A program made the position numbers and the translations under genes. A stretch of 63,998 bases of DNA, counting the filler, from Stramenopiles sp. TOSAG23-2 (lineage: Eukaryota): the NCBI GenBank assembly GCA_900128395.1. It is 3 parts of 3 records of this genome, joined end to end, with 100 filler letters (N's around TTAATTAATTAA, not from the genome) between each part and the next. Parts side by side here need not be neighbours in the genome. Positions count along the whole stretch, not along the records: positions 45,648 to 63,998 come from LT649607.1; 2 more parts are not named here. One strand, 5' to 3'. Below the pieces are notes generated by a model that had not been told where the DNA came from, searched no databases, and saw only the letters and a list, made by a program, of their open reading frames with translations. Shown here piece by piece: positions 48,450 to 61,200 of this stretch. The first letter of the stretch is position 1. Each line of letters begins with the position of its first letter.

Positions 48450-51400
48450 GGTAAATTAAAAAGTACTATTAAATCTAAGTTGGAAGAATTTATTGTTACG
48501 GATAATTCGAATATCATTTTTGAGAAGACTAAGGAAAAAGACTTTTGCTATCTATTTGCAGTTAAAAGTATAGATGGAAATGATCTTGAAATTAGAAAAG
48601 ATAATCCTCAAATAACAGAAGCGTTAAAACAATTTGGTGGCACTATTGCTATCAATAAAATATCAACTCGTGGAATTATAATTAAGTTACCTGCTATTAA
48701 ATCTCTTCGTAGTAAACCTATATTTGTAAGAGTAGAAAAAGTCAATGTAAATATTACTCTGAATGATAGGGATAATATGGATGAAAGTGAAGCGGAGAAA
48801 GAGGCGCATATAATAGCTAAACGTAATCATTTAATTGCTTCAAACCATATGAAAATGATGAATGAATTAAAAGATGCTACGCTAGATGGAAATGCAAAAA
48901 GTAGTGGTTACTTTCAAAAATTACTTGTCGATGTCTTGCAAAATATAGTGGTAGAAGTGACGGATATAAATATATGTGTTGCTGCCACATTGCCGAATGG
49001 AAAACGTTTTAAATTTGGTTTTGCTGTAAATAGACGTGGTAATAATAATGATAAAAATACTCGTGGCAATGTTATACAAAACGGGATTACAATTCGTAAC
49101 AAGGATTTGTCGAAAGATAATACCATACGTGAATTGATTGTGAAAAATGTTTGTATATATTGTACAAAAGCTGATAAGAAAGATAGTAGAAGCGATAATA
49201 ATAATGATAATGATAACATTAAACCAAAAGCAAGAATATTACAAGATTTTGATGTTGCATTAACAGTTGTAAATAGAGGCAAGGAATTGACTTTAATCGT
49301 AAACATTGATACAGATTTGCGATTTATCTTGCTATCGAAGCAATATTTAAATTTGACATATGTTGCAACTTCATTATCGAATAGGTTGGATTATTTACAA
49401 ACATTAGCAAATGGTAAAGTAGCAATTATTGAAGATGGAAATTCCAATACAATGGAGAGCAATAATGATCAATCGAAGAACAAAAGCAAAAAAGAAAGAG
49501 AATATAAGAGATACATTGAATATTATAAAAGTATTCTTCTAAGCAAAAAGCAATTAGAAGATAAAACGATGCCATTGGATACAATGATTCCAAAAATAAG
49601 TGAATATGATACTCTGATTGAGAAAGATGCACTATGGGCAGTTAAAAATATATATGGACGGCACAAATGGGCCATTGCTGATATACAAAGTGCACATGCA
49701 TTTGCTCTACAAAGCGCCATTGATGAAGTTCGTAGAAAAAAGGAAGAAAAGAAGGCAAAATCACTTGGAAATTCCATAGCTAGCGGATTCAGTTTCATGA
49801 AGAATTCTTTCTTCGGTAGCCGAAATAAGAAGACTAATGATAAAAAGTCTCAACCTGAAACTAAATCTACGAAAGAATTTGATCAATTACAGAAAGACTT
49901 AGATGACTTGCAAGAGCAAGAAACTGCATTAGCAAATAAAGATAAACATGAAAGTATTTTAGAGAACAAAGATAATTTATTTGTTTTTTTCAAAATTGAA
50001 AAAAATTTAGAATTCATACTTGCAAGGAGTAAAAAGACAAAAGAGAAAAAGTTAAAGAAATTTCTAAAATTTTCTTTAATTGATGGTGTGGAATTAAATG
50101 CTAACAAAAATAACGAATATGTACGGGTAGCCCTTCGGGTTGGATTAATAGAACTTCAAGATATCCGCGAGACAAGAATAAATATACTAGAAAACGGTCA
50201 AGGCAAAAGTAACCAAAAGGATGATACGTGGAATGTATTTAATGGGAAAGAATCCCTGACAAACCCATACTCAAGCACTTCAGCAAGAAAGGCATCTGAA
50301 TTTACTTTTAGATTTCAAAAGCTAAACAAAACCTTGCAAAAAAGTATATATGCCCGCATTTTAGTGAAATCAAAATTAGTAGCAGATTTAGATTTAATTA
50401 AAGATGTAAAAAATACATTTGCAGCACCTGTTGGAACCCAAGGATTTCATGGTGCTCAACGCTTAGCACATGAGGTCAAAACTTTGGGCAACAAAGAAGC
50501 AAAATCAACAACACCGGAGGAAGTTCTTGATAATCTTCTCATAGATGTGGAGCTGTTATCACCCACAATTGTTGTCCCCAAAAATCTAAGTAAGTGGAGA
50601 AATGATGGCAAAGACAATTTGAATACAATTGTTTTTACATTAGGAAAATTAAAAATTAAATCACAACAAAATACACCAGAAATTACATTACATTTGATCT
50701 CTGGCTCAAATGATGCTAATGTATTAGATATCATTGGTAATGAAAGTCTATCGAAGTTAAAGGTGATCGACAATTTTGAAGGTGACATTGAAATTGCATC
50801 GACGAATGATGATGGGACAAAGGTCAATTTGAAAACGAAAAGTGACGAGATAAAGGTTTTGCTTGATAATGACAAACTTATGGTAACTTTATCCATCTTG
50901 GATGGTTTGTTGCATAATCAAGGAACGCTTATTGAAAGTCAGGACAATAAGAATATTGTGGAAGACAAAGGTGACGTTGTAAAAGCAAGAATAAAATCAA
51001 AGCCAGCGTTGCTGGGATCATCAATACGAAAGATAGTTGTAGGAGAAACTGGGTATACATTATCAGTGAATGATATATTTGTGCCTGGAACATATACAAA
51101 TGTAATTTTTCCTACCAATGTTGATGGATACGTTTTTGATTTAGATAATGAAAAAGAAGTTTTCTTAGGAAATGTGAAAATTAAAGTAGATGAAAATAAC
51201 ACAACAGTGACAAATAATGTAGTAAATCTTGTCGCTATCAATGCAAATGACGATCGTATAGCATGCAGTTTACATCTGTCAAGTAATAAAGAAGACAAGG
51301 ATGACCTCGAAACTGTTAAGTACAATCAAAGCGTGACTGTTGACCTTGAAGTACCAAATTTGATATTAGAAATAAATGAGTATGAAGAAAAATCTGCCTT

Positions 51401-54400
51401 TGCTATTGAAGTTTCTAGCGAAGGCGAAAACACAAATAAAATTTCATATAGCGTCGCACCTAAAGAAGATGCAGAATTAAATTTGAATTTTAATAACATA
51501 GACATTGCAATTCGTGATCTTACATCAAAAGAATTAGCTTTATCAGCTGGTTTGAATGATGTGGGACTTAGACTGTTGCAAGGTCCGGCTAGTAAATTTA
51601 TAAGGCGGGATAATAGCAAACTCTGCATCCTTCCAACACCAATACCAACAATTTCTGAGTGTACCTTTAAAGCTAAAGTTGTACTCCATCTTGAAGTACC
51701 TTCGAAAGAGGGTAAACTGTTAGATACCATGAAATCTATGTACATCGAAAATCATTACAATGATAATGATGACGACCAGGAAGAAATAAAGGAAGGGGAA
51801 GATGATGATGATGTTCCTCCTAAGGAATTATTTAAAATGAAAGAAATAGCCACAAAATATGAAAATGAAATGTTAAATGTTATAATTGGTATTGATGGTA
51901 AATTTGACACCGCTTTGAAGCAAGATGGCGACAAGCATAATAACTTTTTCCAGGATGTAAATGCAACTATATCCCTGGACGAGAAAGGTTTAAGTGTAAA
52001 ATATTCGAGTATATTGCCAGAAATTTTTGTTGCTCCTTATTTGTGTTCAAAACTAGATATCAAAAAAGCATTTTGTGGTTCTTCTAGCAATCTTTTTGGT
52101 CCAGCTGAAAATTTGGATACCAAAACAAAATTTAGTCTTAGTGAAACCAATAAAGAGTCTGAAGGCTTTGTATGTTACATTTGTGAAGAAGATAAAGCTG
52201 TTGTCCTAACTTGCCAACAGGAATTGTTGAGACGTATCTTGCCTCTTCAACAATTGGGAAGTAAAAATGAACGGTTGGTTGAACGCTCAAAAAAATCGTC
52301 TTCGCAGAAACAGGAGAAAGAAAATTTAGAACGTATAGGCGATGTAGAAATAGATGTTCTATCTAAGGATCCGTTCGTTTTATCATTGGAACTGGTGGAA
52401 TTTAGATTGAAAGACGAAGATGCTATCAACTGTACAAATTTAGGAATTTTTTATGCAGCCAATGTTAATTATCATATGCATTCGTCAAATGTTTTAGAAA
52501 ACAAGTTGCCAATCCAGAACAAAGGTACTGTTATTCATGCTGATGTATTGAAAATTGAAACAATTTTAGAAAATTCTTCATTTAATGTTGCCACTGATCT
52601 TGCATTTAAGAAATCTATTGAAATTAGATATCAAGAGGATGAAAATGCCGTTAAAACCTTTACAAAAACTGATATGACAGTCTTATCTCTTCCGAAACTT
52701 TACGTTACTCATAAGTATCTGGTAAATGAGCAAGAAGCGGAAGAACGTGTTTTGTTTCCATTTTCAATTATGATGGAGCTAGAAGATTCTGATACCAAGC
52801 AGCAAGTAGAATCGGGAAAATATAATGCGTTAGGGAAGCGAATTGTGAAAATGTATATTGATCCAATATATTTATCAATTAATGTCAATAGTATTCAAGA
52901 ATATCTAGAAATGAACGACAAACTGAAAAAAATACAGCTCCTCACTTCAAGTAGCAAAAAAGAAGCGACAACGGCACCAGAAAGCGGGGATGATGTTAAA
53001 CCTACTACGCCAACATTTATTAATATAGTTCAGTTAAAGGGTTTGTCCGTAGTACTTCAACAAGATGCGAGAGTTATTACATCGTTTAACTGTGATAATG
53101 CATTTACGACAGGCACGTTGAATATGGCGAAATCTACTAAAAATATGTTTGTTGAAACACATGTAACTGGAATTGAATTGAATGCTATCGTGTACAATGA
53201 TGTAAATGGAAGACCAATTTTGCCCAGGCAATCTCCAATTATTGAAAATTGGTCGTTTTCCCTTTTTGTAGAAAAATTCAATGACGTGAAGCGTATGTCG
53301 GGTTTTTCTAAAGGACTAAGAGCATCTTGTGTCAGTCCACAGATTTTAAATTTAAATGTTGATCCATCTGTTATTCACATGTTGAAAGAGTTGCAGTTTG
53401 TCCTAAAAAAAGCAATAGAGGATCATGTAAATGACAATGATGAAATTGCGATACATCAGATCGGATCGTTGCTGGAAGGCAATGATCCCATTGGAGAAGT
53501 GGAAGAGCCTTTGCTTGAGACTGAAGAAAAACAATTTGAAAAATTATCACATCGTTTTGCATCAACCGACAAGCCTCAGATATATGGGGAAGAACATACT
53601 GGCGACGAAGACTTAACAAAGAGGGAACAACTCGTTTTAAGTTTAAAATCAGGAACATTTGATAAGCTCGCTGATTTTGCTGGATCATTATATGAAGCTA
53701 GTAAAGAAGATATGGACTCGGTTGCAAATGTAAAAGAGAATATCCAGAATAAAATGGCCGAGCAAGGGGATAGAATCTTACCTTCGTACTCTGCTTTAGC
53801 AGATGGTACAGTTCGAGTGTATACAAGAAATTTAATAAACGATCCTATACAGGTAAAGATAGAATTTACGTCAGAGAAGGGAAAACCCGTTGGAGGTGAT
53901 GAAAAAATGTTACAACCGCGTAAAAGTGTATTTATCCATGATTATACCCCAGATAAAGTTGAAGTGGCAGCATGGATAAATGACCAGCCATTGGACATTA
54001 ACAATGCAGATCAGCGGATAGATAATGATCCAAAAATTGGACACCAGTATCATGTTTCGATTTCTAAGTATACAAACGATAAGATGGGCATCGAAATCAT
54101 AATATCAGTTTACAGCGTTTGCCTTGTTATTAATAATATGGATTATTACATTGATGTCATAGAAAAAGATAAAAACTTGCAAGGTGTGGATTCTGATGAT
54201 TTTACGCATGTTCCAGATTTACCCGACAATGGTTATGAGGTGGAATTTGATGACGAAAATATTCCTCAAAATTTAAAATTCATGGATCATTCTAAATATG
54301 GAACTGGTGAAAACAAAAAAACGGGTGAAGTAATGGAGGTACAAGTGCGCTTATCTGGAATTAATGCTAATGAAGATAAAGATGATACAACAACCACGGG

Positions 54401-57400
54401 TTGGTCAGAGCCATTCTCTATCAACACTGTTGGTACGGAAGGTCAGTTAGATTTGAAAGTACCCGACAAAATGGAACAGAAAACGACGGAGGAGGAAGAG
54501 GAAAATGCTAGGATAGAATATAAGAATGTTGGAATTAATATCAGCTCAACAGAGTTTACAAAATTGTTGTCCATAGCGCCAAGATACCTTTTATTGGATA
54601 AGTCAAGCCACAGAGTTCATGTTCGTCAATCTAGGCTAACAGATGAGTCATGGTTGCCTGAAAATCAATTTTCGTGGGAACAACTTGATGATTGGCACTC
54701 TATTCAGGATGGCGAATTACATTTTAAAGAAGTGCATTTTAGCAAATGGAAAGGGCATGTTTTAAGCTCTATTCAAATAAAAATTGAAGATGAAGCTTTT
54801 GAGAGTTGCTGGAGTAACGAGTTACATGTGCATGCTATTCGCCCACGGCGTATGCATTTTAGGATATGTGACAAAAGTGGTAATAAATGGGTGTATTTGA
54901 CTATGATTATCCAGTTTTTAGGGGCTACGACATTTATTATAATAGAGGATGCAATAACAAATGCAGTGGAGGAAACAAAATTTGAGTCTAGTTTGACGGT
55001 TGAAAATAAAACAGGTGATAACATCTTTAAATTTCGACAATTTAACTATGTCAAGCACGTTTTGTCAGGTGGCGAAAAAGTGAAGAAAGAAGTTCCTGAT
55101 ACCAAACAAGGAGGTTGGTTCAGTAAAAGTAGCGAGGCGAAGGACGAAGAGGAGGATTTCATAGCTGCTGATGATGGTTTTGGTTTAGTTGTTGGCGTTT
55201 GTCCAGGTTTAAACATGCCAAATTATACAGAAGAAAATGCACCTACATGGGTTAATATTGACCCAAAATCGAAGAATTGGTTGTTTTATGACTACGACAA
55301 TGGAAGCAACAATCAATTTGAAATTGCAGATGGTGATGGAAATGTAATATTATCATCTTTAAATATAGTAAAGACTGGTACAACTAAATCTGAAGATGGG
55401 GGATATCTATTTGAAGTTTCCGCGCAGGGGTCAGATAGAGTAATTCGTATATCATCTAATGAAAAAGATAATAGGCATGAAGATAATGTTCATGAGTTCG
55501 ATCAGGCGCAAGTGTTAACTATTAGTCTAACGGGCATTGGTGTGAGTTTATTGAATAATAACAATAAAATCTCATTTGTGGAGGAGGTTTGCTATATACA
55601 CATCCAAGATGTCTTTGGAAAGTTTGCTTTGAATAATTTGAAAACAATTACAAATATTTTGTATTGCTCTTCAATTCAAATTGATAACCAGACCAACGAT
55701 GGAAATTCTGTAATTTTATCTCCAGCGATTCCAAGTAAACCAGATGAGGAATTTTTAGCTTTGCCTGGGGTTTATGATGAATTTTTATCTGTTGCTGTAG
55801 CTTATTTCTTGAAACATGTTGATCTATGGAAAATAAAACGAAGTGCAGATGAACATGTAGAAAATGATGTGACACTAAAGAAAGAGAGGGAAAAAAAAGA
55901 ACAGTATGACTATCAATTGAAAAAGAGGTTGATAAAAGAATTTTGCTTATTTATATTATTAGAGGAACCATGGGCATCTGAGCCTAAATCGGTTAAAGAT
56001 GCTTGGGATGTTTTTCGCAAAGAAATCAGTAAAGCTGAAAATATAGATGATATACCGTTTATAATACCATATGAGGACATGATTATCAACCAAATCGATG
56101 TACATGTTGAAAGTACAACGTTATTTTTCTTTGCGTTTGAGAAAACATCGTCCCAACACCATACAGTGAGGCATCTGGAATTGGATACGCCATATTTTGA
56201 TTTAAAAATTCACGAGGAATTTGTTTTTTCTTTGTTATCTTCCGTACAAGAATTATTTAAGTCTATAAAAGATTTCAATAGCAGTGAAGACTCCGATGCC
56301 GTTGCAAATCAGGAAAAGGAGGAAAAGGACAGTGATCCAAATTTGAAGCTACGTATTATCCAGGAACAGTATTTAACGATACAGTCATCGTTAACTGAAG
56401 CACAGCAGGATGATGATAATAATGCAGAGTATTTTTTTGAAAAAATTGACCTTCATCCGGTAGAAGTGAGGCTTAGCTACAATGGATCTGCGCCTGGGTC
56501 AGAGAAAAAGTTATCATTGTTGAATACAAAATCCAGAGGACTTGGCGCTATTAGCTCTTTGCCTTCAATTGACTCGCTTATTGTCATACTTGCAAGTTTA
56601 CACCAGACGCATGCTGCATATACTTTGCAACAATTTAGTCGTTTAGTTGGAAAATTTTATACGGATCAAGCAATGGCACGTTTGTACAAAGTTGTATTTA
56701 AAATTTCTGTTCTAGATAGTCCTGTAAGAGCAGTGGCAGGACTCGGGAGTGGTGTTTCGCAACTACTACAAACACCGGGGCGAACGTTAAAAGCTCTTGC
56801 GAAGGGAGATGTAACTGCTGCAGCAAAGCAACTTGGTGGTGGTATTTGTGGTTTAGCCCGTGCCATTGTCGGTGGAGGTGCAAAAGTTGCAGGTGGGGCT
56901 GTTGGTGGTGTTGGATTTGTATTTAAAAAGGTAACTGGTGTATCAGCAGTTACAAAAACGTTGTTTTCTCCTGCGTCAAATCTATTTGATTATGCAAGTG
57001 GTAATTTAGAGGGTGTTTACGATAATTTAGTTGAGGATCGTTTGAAATCAAATCGTAAGAACGTTCGTGTCCGTTTACCTCGTAAACCTGATTCAGTTTT
57101 GGTAAAATATTGTTATTTAGATGCTTTAACGTTGCATCTTACGCGCACAATTGATAATTTTACTTTACGCAAAGGTGCTAAAGTTGGACGGCTTGTTCCA
57201 GCAGTAGAATGTGTTCAAAAAGGCAAATTTATTTGTAGTTGTTACGTGTTATATCAAAAAGTATATCAACATGATAAAACGAAGAAAATGTTTATTGAAA
57301 AAGAAAGTGAACAATTTGAAGAACTTTCTTTACTAATATTGTCTTCTTGGCATTTATTTTGTTTAGAGGCGAAGAATGATATAGTAAATAAGTCTAACTT

Positions 57401-57677
57401 GTTATGGGCAATACCATTCAGACGGATACTTGATATAAATGTTATGACTGTTTTAGCAAATGGTTCATCTGAACTAGTGCCAATGGGACAAAGTTACTTG
57501 GAACTAGTTGTAACATACGCAACTGATGATAAAGATGATCCAGATGGTATATATCATGTAGATAGAGAAATTCATACTCGCCAACGACGCATTGCAGCAA
57601 CAAATAGACGACATTTATACGCATTGTATTTGTTATTGCGTAAGAAAGTTTTTGCTTTGAAAATAGAAGAAAGGTGA
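48450..57677 (+). CDS. VPS13: VPS13-like bridge-type lipid transfer protein, start codon missing
   Basis: >3065 aa; VAB-like TKLLSIAPRYLLLDKS..VRQ, ISLTGIGVSLL..EEVCY..IQIDNQ, YFFEKIDLHPVEVRLSY, Gly-rich ATG2_C-like helices; frame open back to a TGA at 48447 that lies in the inverted insert. Confidence 0.85.
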   Translation, partial: GKLKSTIKSKLEEFIVTDNSNIIFEKTKEKDFCYLFAVKSIDGNDLEIRKDNPQITEALKQFGGTIAINKISTRGIIIKLPAIKSLRSKPIFVRVEKVNVNITLNDRDNMDESEAEKEAHIIAKRNHLIASNHMKMMNELKDATLDGNAKSSGYFQKLLVDVLQNIVVEVTDINICVAATLPNGKRFKFGFAVNRRGNNNDKNTRGNVIQNGITIRNKDLSKDNTIRELIVKNVCIYCTKADKKDSRSDNNNDNDNIKPKARILQDFDVALTVVNRGKELTLIVNIDTDLRFILLSKQYLNLTYVATSLSNRLDYLQTLANGKVAIIEDGNSNTMESNNDQSKNKSKKEREYKRYIEYYKSILLSKKQLEDKTMPLDTMIPKISEYDTLIEKDALWAVKNIYGRHKWAIADIQSAHAFALQSAIDEVRRKKEEKKAKSLGNSIASGFSFMKNSFFGSRNKKTNDKKSQPETKSTKEFDQLQKDLDDLQEQETALANKDKHESILENKDNLFVFFKIEKNLEFILARSKKTKEKKLKKFLKFSLIDGVELNANKNNEYVRVALRVGLIELQDIRETRINILENGQGKSNQKDDTWNVFNGKESLTNPYSSTSARKASEFTFRFQKLNKTLQKSIYARILVKSKLVADLDLIKDVKNTFAAPVGTQGFHGAQRLAHEVKTLGNKEAKSTTPEEVLDNLLIDVELLSPTIVVPKNLSKWRNDGKDNLNTIVFTLGKLKIKSQQNTPEITLHLISGSNDANVLDIIGNESLSKLKVIDNFEGDIEIASTNDDGTKVNLKTKSDEIKVLLDNDKLMVTLSILDGLLHNQGTLIESQDNKNIVEDKGDVVKARIKSKPALLGSSIRKIVVGETGYTLSVNDIFVPGTYTNVIFPTNVDGYVFDLDNEKEVFLGNVKIKVDENNTTVTNNVVNLVAINANDDRIACSLHLSSNKEDKDDLETVKYNQSVTVDLEVPNLILEINEYEEKSAFAIEVSSEGENTNKISYSVAPKEDAELNLNFNNIDIAIRDLTSKELALSAGLNDVGLRLLQGPASKFIRRDNSKLCILPTPIPTISECTFKAKVVLHLEVPSKEGKLLDTMKSMYIENHYNDNDDDQEEIKEGEDDDDVPPKELFKMKEIATKYENEMLNVIIGIDGKFDTALKQDGDKHNNFFQDVNATISLDEKGLSVKYSSILPEIFVAPYLCSKLDIKKAFCGSSSNLFGPAENLDTKTKFSLSETNKESEGFVCYICEEDKAVVLTCQQELLRRILPLQQLGSKNERLVERSKKSSSQKQEKENLERIGDVEIDVLSKDPFVLSLELVEFRLKDEDAINCTNLGIFYAANVNYHMHSSNVLENKLPIQNKGTVIHADVLKIETILENSSFNVATDLAFKKSIEIRYQEDENAVKTFTKTDMTVLSLPKLYVTHKYLVNEQEAEERVLFPFSIMMELEDSDTKQQVESGKYNALGKRIVKMYIDPIYLSINVNSIQEYLEMNDKLKKIQLLTSSSKKEATTAPESGDDVKPTTPTFINIVQLKGLSVVLQQDARVITSFNCDNAFTTGTLNMAKSTKNMFVETHVTGIELNAIVYNDVNGRPILPRQSPIIENWSFSLFVEKFNDVKRMSGFSKGLRASCVSPQILNLNVDPSVIHMLKELQFVLKKAIEDHVNDNDEIAIHQIGSLLEGNDPIGEVEEPLLETEEKQFEKLSHRFASTDKPQIYGEEHTGDEDLTKREQLVLSLKSGTFDKLADFAGSLYEASKEDMDSVANVKENIQNKMAEQGDRILPSYSALADGTVRVYTRNLINDPIQVKIEFTSEKGKPVGGDEKMLQPRKSVFIHDYTPDKVEVAAWINDQPLDINNADQRIDNDPKIGHQYHVSISKYTNDKMGIEIIISVYSVCLVINNMDYYIDVIEKDKNLQGVDSDDFTHVPDLPDNGYEVEFDDENIPQNLKFMDHSKYGTGENKKTGEVMEVQVRLSGINANEDKDDTTTTGWSEPFSINTVGTEGQLDLKVPDKMEQKTTEEEEENARIEYKNVGINISSTEFTKLLSIAPRYLLLDKSSHRVHVRQSRLTDESWLPENQFSWEQLDDWHSIQDGELHFKEVHFSKWKGHVLSSIQIKIEDEAFESCWSNELHVHAIRPRRMHFRICDKSGNKWVYLTMIIQFLGATTFIIIEDAITNAVEETKFESSLTVENKTGDNIFKFRQFNYVKHVLSGGEKVKKEVPDTKQGGWFSKSSEAKDEEEDFIAADDGFGLVVGVCPGLNMPNYTEENAPTWVNIDPKSKNWLFYDYDNGSNNQFEIADGDGNVILSSLNIVKTGTTKSEDGGYLFEVSAQGSDRVIRISSNEKDNRHEDNVHEFDQAQVLTISLTGIGVSLLNNNNKISFVEEVCYIHIQDVFGKFALNNLKTITNILYCSSIQIDNQTNDGNSVILSPAIPSKPDEEFLALPGVYDEFLSVAVAYFLKHVDLWKIKRSADEHVENDVTLKKEREKKEQYDYQLKKRLIKEFCLFILLEEPWASEPKSVKDAWDVFRKEISKAENIDDIPFIIPYEDMIINQIDVHVESTTLFFFAFEKTSSQHHTVRHLELDTPYFDLKIHEEFVFSLLSSVQELFKSIKDFNSSEDSDAVANQEKEEKDSDPNLKLRIIQEQYLTIQSSLTEAQQDDDNNAEYFFEKIDLHPVEVRLSYNGSAPGSEKKLSLLNTKSRGLGAISSLPSIDSLIVILASLHQTHAAYTLQQFSRLVGKFYTDQAMARLYKVVFKISVLDSPVRAVAGLGSGVSQLLQTPGRTLKALAKGDVTAAAKQLGGGICGLARAIVGGGAKVAGGAVGGVGFVFKKVTGVSAVTKTLFSPASNLFDYASGNLEGVYDNLVEDRLKSNRKNVRVRLPRKPDSVLVKYCYLDALTLHLTRTIDNFTLRKGAKVGRLVPAVECVQKGKFICSCYVLYQKVYQHDKTKKMFIEKESEQFEELSLLILSSWHLFCLEAKNDIVNKSNLLWAIPFRRILDINVMTVLANGSSELVPMGQSYLELVVTYATDDKDDPDGIYHVDREIHTRQRRIAATNRRHLYALYLLLRKKVFALKIEER

Positions 57678-58230
57678 AAAATAATATGATAAGTGTGTTG
57701 GAAATGGTACGTAGGTTTTATAAAAATACAAAAGTACAACTTTCGTACAAATATATATATATATAATATATACGTATGTGTGTTTTGTTGTGTGTGTGTT
57801 TTACTACGAAAATTTTAAAAACACTAAAAAATATACGAGTTCGTAATTTAATAAAAATATGATTATTACTTCCGGTAAAAATAAATTTTATTTTACTACT
57901 CGTATCATACTGAAAGACCTCTATCTACCAAAGTCCTGTGTGCGAAGACACCGAGTTTATGTATTTACTGGTTATATAATATATACGAGGTAATACGAAT
58001 TATATATAATATATATTTTAAAGAGTAACTTAGATTTTAATCAATTATATACTTCGTATTAAAGAGTGGTATTATTTCTTTGAATTTGATTTTGTCTTTA
58101 CATCAAACATTGGTTTCATACAAATTTATCTGCCTTTTGACATAGATCTAAAAAGACCAGGAAGAGGCTGACGCTTGACGCCGCAGACTATACGCCTGCC
58201 CAGCCTGGTCTGCTTTATTTTTAATACTCA

Positions 58231-61200
58231 TTAACAACCCTGATTCATTGACCCCACAGAAATACTAAATGTTGTTAAAGCATATGCATACCGACCACTC
58301 CAAAAACTGTTTGGAATAAGATCTTCTAACGATTTTAAAATCGGGTTAAGAATATGAGACATTTCAGATTTTATTATTACAAAATCAATAACAGGGGCCA
58401 AGTCCTCTGCCCCAACACTGATTTTTTTACCATGAGATGATGCAACTTCGCTCATTTCTTTCGTAACTAATTCTAAAACATTGTATAAAATCTTTAGACG
58501 ACCTAAAGGATAATTTGACATTGTTAAAATACATTTCAATTGATTAATTGCAACTGCATACGGTTCTAATACACGAGTACTTTCAATAACGACAGTTGTT
58601 GATACAGTGGTATTATTATTTGCTCCTCTTGACGTACGATTTGCTAAATTGACTTTGTAATTTCGAAATATATCTTTCACATGTAGGTCATCAAATAATT
58701 CTGTATTAGTTTTTCTTGTATTTTTTTCAGTACTGCTCTTCATCTTATTATTATTATTATTATCGAGGGAACCTCGTATCTCTTTTAAAAACATTACTCC
58801 ATCAATTCTTTCGCCTAGCATATCAAATATTGCAGATTGTGAAGCAACATATAAAAGCAAATCAACTGTACTACTTCGTTCAATATTATATTTACGCGCA
58901 ATTGTTATGACTAACATTTCAACGAAACATTTAATATCATTTATAAGATCTTTTTTTTTTACAAAATTAGAAAATATATGTGAATTATTCTGTAACATTT
59001 CATTAACCTCAGTTTCTAAATCAAATAACGGACCATGTAATAAACATAATGTGTGAGAAAATACTCGTAATGTTTTTGATAAACTATGTCGAGGCGACGA
59101 TTTAATTATTTTTAATATTCCATTTCGAAATTCATCCCAATCATTGCTTTCATTACTATCTTCATTTTTCCTATTAACTTTGTCAAGGACTTTTTTTAAT
59201 ATACAATTAACAAAATAATCATCATTTTGTCTTGCCTTAACATCATATTCTTTATATTCTTCATTCAATTGCTGAAAAACTTCGGACCATAATTCGTGCA
59301 ATGGAACATCAATCTCATCCGACATGGTTCCAGTTATGCTACTGTATAATACTGTTTCTTGAGCTCTACTTTTTATTCTTTGTAGGGTTGATGTAAATAA
59401 TTGAAGGTATGACATATTATCTGTACTTTTATTTTCTACATTTTCGTCTAAACTGGCTTTCTCTCGCTGTTCTTTTAAAGCTCTGTTTTTTCTTATTTCA
59501 TCAGCAATTTTCCCAGCCTGTTGCTTTTCAAATTTCATATTTTTCTTGTTAATTTCAATTGTTTCATTATAATTTCTTATAAATTTTAAACGTTGTTCAG
59601 ATGTCATATTTACATAATTGCTATTGTTTGGTGGAGTAAACTTTTGTTTCAGGTTATTATATTCTTGTTGTTTATTTTTATCATTTGAATTATTTTGCAC
59701 TATGTTCATTGCTATAGGTATTGTCTTAGCTATTGGTATTGCATTTGCTACATTTATTGTTATAGTTGTTTGCTTCTTGGCTGAGTCTTCATCAAAGTTA
59801 TTAGTTGATGAATAAATATTTAAAAAGTTATCATTGTCGTCATCATCATACAAGTCATCTTCATCTAGTAGATCGTCTAAATTTATATCATCTGGTACAG
59901 TGAAGGATGACATGGTTCTATGGTGGGGGTTTTCTATTCTTCTTATTTTTACTCTTGTTTCTTTTGTGGTGATATTTATACTTTTGAATGCAATTTTAAT
60001 TTGAATGGTGCAATGATTCGGACCACTTTGTTTTGATATTAAATTTGCATAAATACCATTTAAACGTAACAAAGCTGTATGAGAGCCACTTTCAGCAATT
60101 TTACCATTGTCAAAAACATGTATGGTATTAGCATTTCGTATGGTTGATAATCGATGTGCTACTATCAACGTTGTGCGCCCTTTCATCAATATGTTAAGTG
60201 CCTCTTGTACTAAATATTCAGATTCAGCATCTAAAGCAGAAGTTGCTTCATCTAATAATAATATTTTTGGGTCTTTTAATATCGCACGCGCTATTGCAAT
60301 CCGTTGCTTTTGGCCACCAGACAAGGAAGTACCTTGCTCCCCAACTTTTGTATCGTATTTTTCAGGCAATTTTGATATAAAATCGTGACAATTTGCTTTT
60401 TTCGCAGCCACTACCATATCATTATACGAAACTGTTTGATGCTTTAATGCACAACCAAATTTAATATTATCAGCTATTGTTCCAGCAAATAGCGTTGGCT
60501 CTTGCATGACAAAACCAATTTGTGATCGTAACCACATTGGATCCAATATCCTCAAATCCACTCCATCTAAAAGGATAGCTCCATTTTGGGGATCGTAAAA
60601 ACGTTCGATCAATGATAAAACAGTCGACTTGCCACTACCACTGCCACCCACTAACGCAATGGTTTCGCCTTGTTTTACTGACATGGTAAAATCATTCAAA
60701 ACAACTTTATCGACACGTGTTGGATAGGAAAATTTAATTCTATCTATGTCAATCTTTCCATCCACTTTTGATAAAATTTTACCACCACTGTAATTAATTA
60801 AAGATTGACGATCTAATATTTCAAAAATTTTCTCCGATGCACCCATCGCTTTTGCCATTTCTGGCAAGCCGCTCATGATCCAACCTAATCCCATAACCAT
60901 TGCAATCGCCATGTTTACAAATACGATAATTTCCGCCGCTTTGTTAGCAATTGCAGTAGGAGACGAAGTATTGACAATATCGTTTCCTCCATGCCACAAT
61001 GCAACGGTCAAAGCACCATAGAAACCACCGATAACAAATGAAAATGCCAATCCTTGGACGATGACCAAATGTACACCTAAACGATTGGAAATCCATGCAG
61101 CAGCATTATATCGCTCCTTCGTTCCTTCTTGCATCGCGAAACTTACAATCGTACGTATGCCAGCTAAAAATTCTTGTGCTAATCCACCTTGTACATTTTG

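Noticed and set aside
48914-57624. Many antisense ORFs within VPS13 and other long genes
   Set aside because: Shadow frames of real coding sequence with no recognisable motifs
58153-58212. GC-rich hairpin (agaccagg...cctggtct) downstream of the VPS9 stop, loosely similar to 63490-63565
   Set aside because: Only an 8-bp stem and weak similarity; cannot support an ncRNA call
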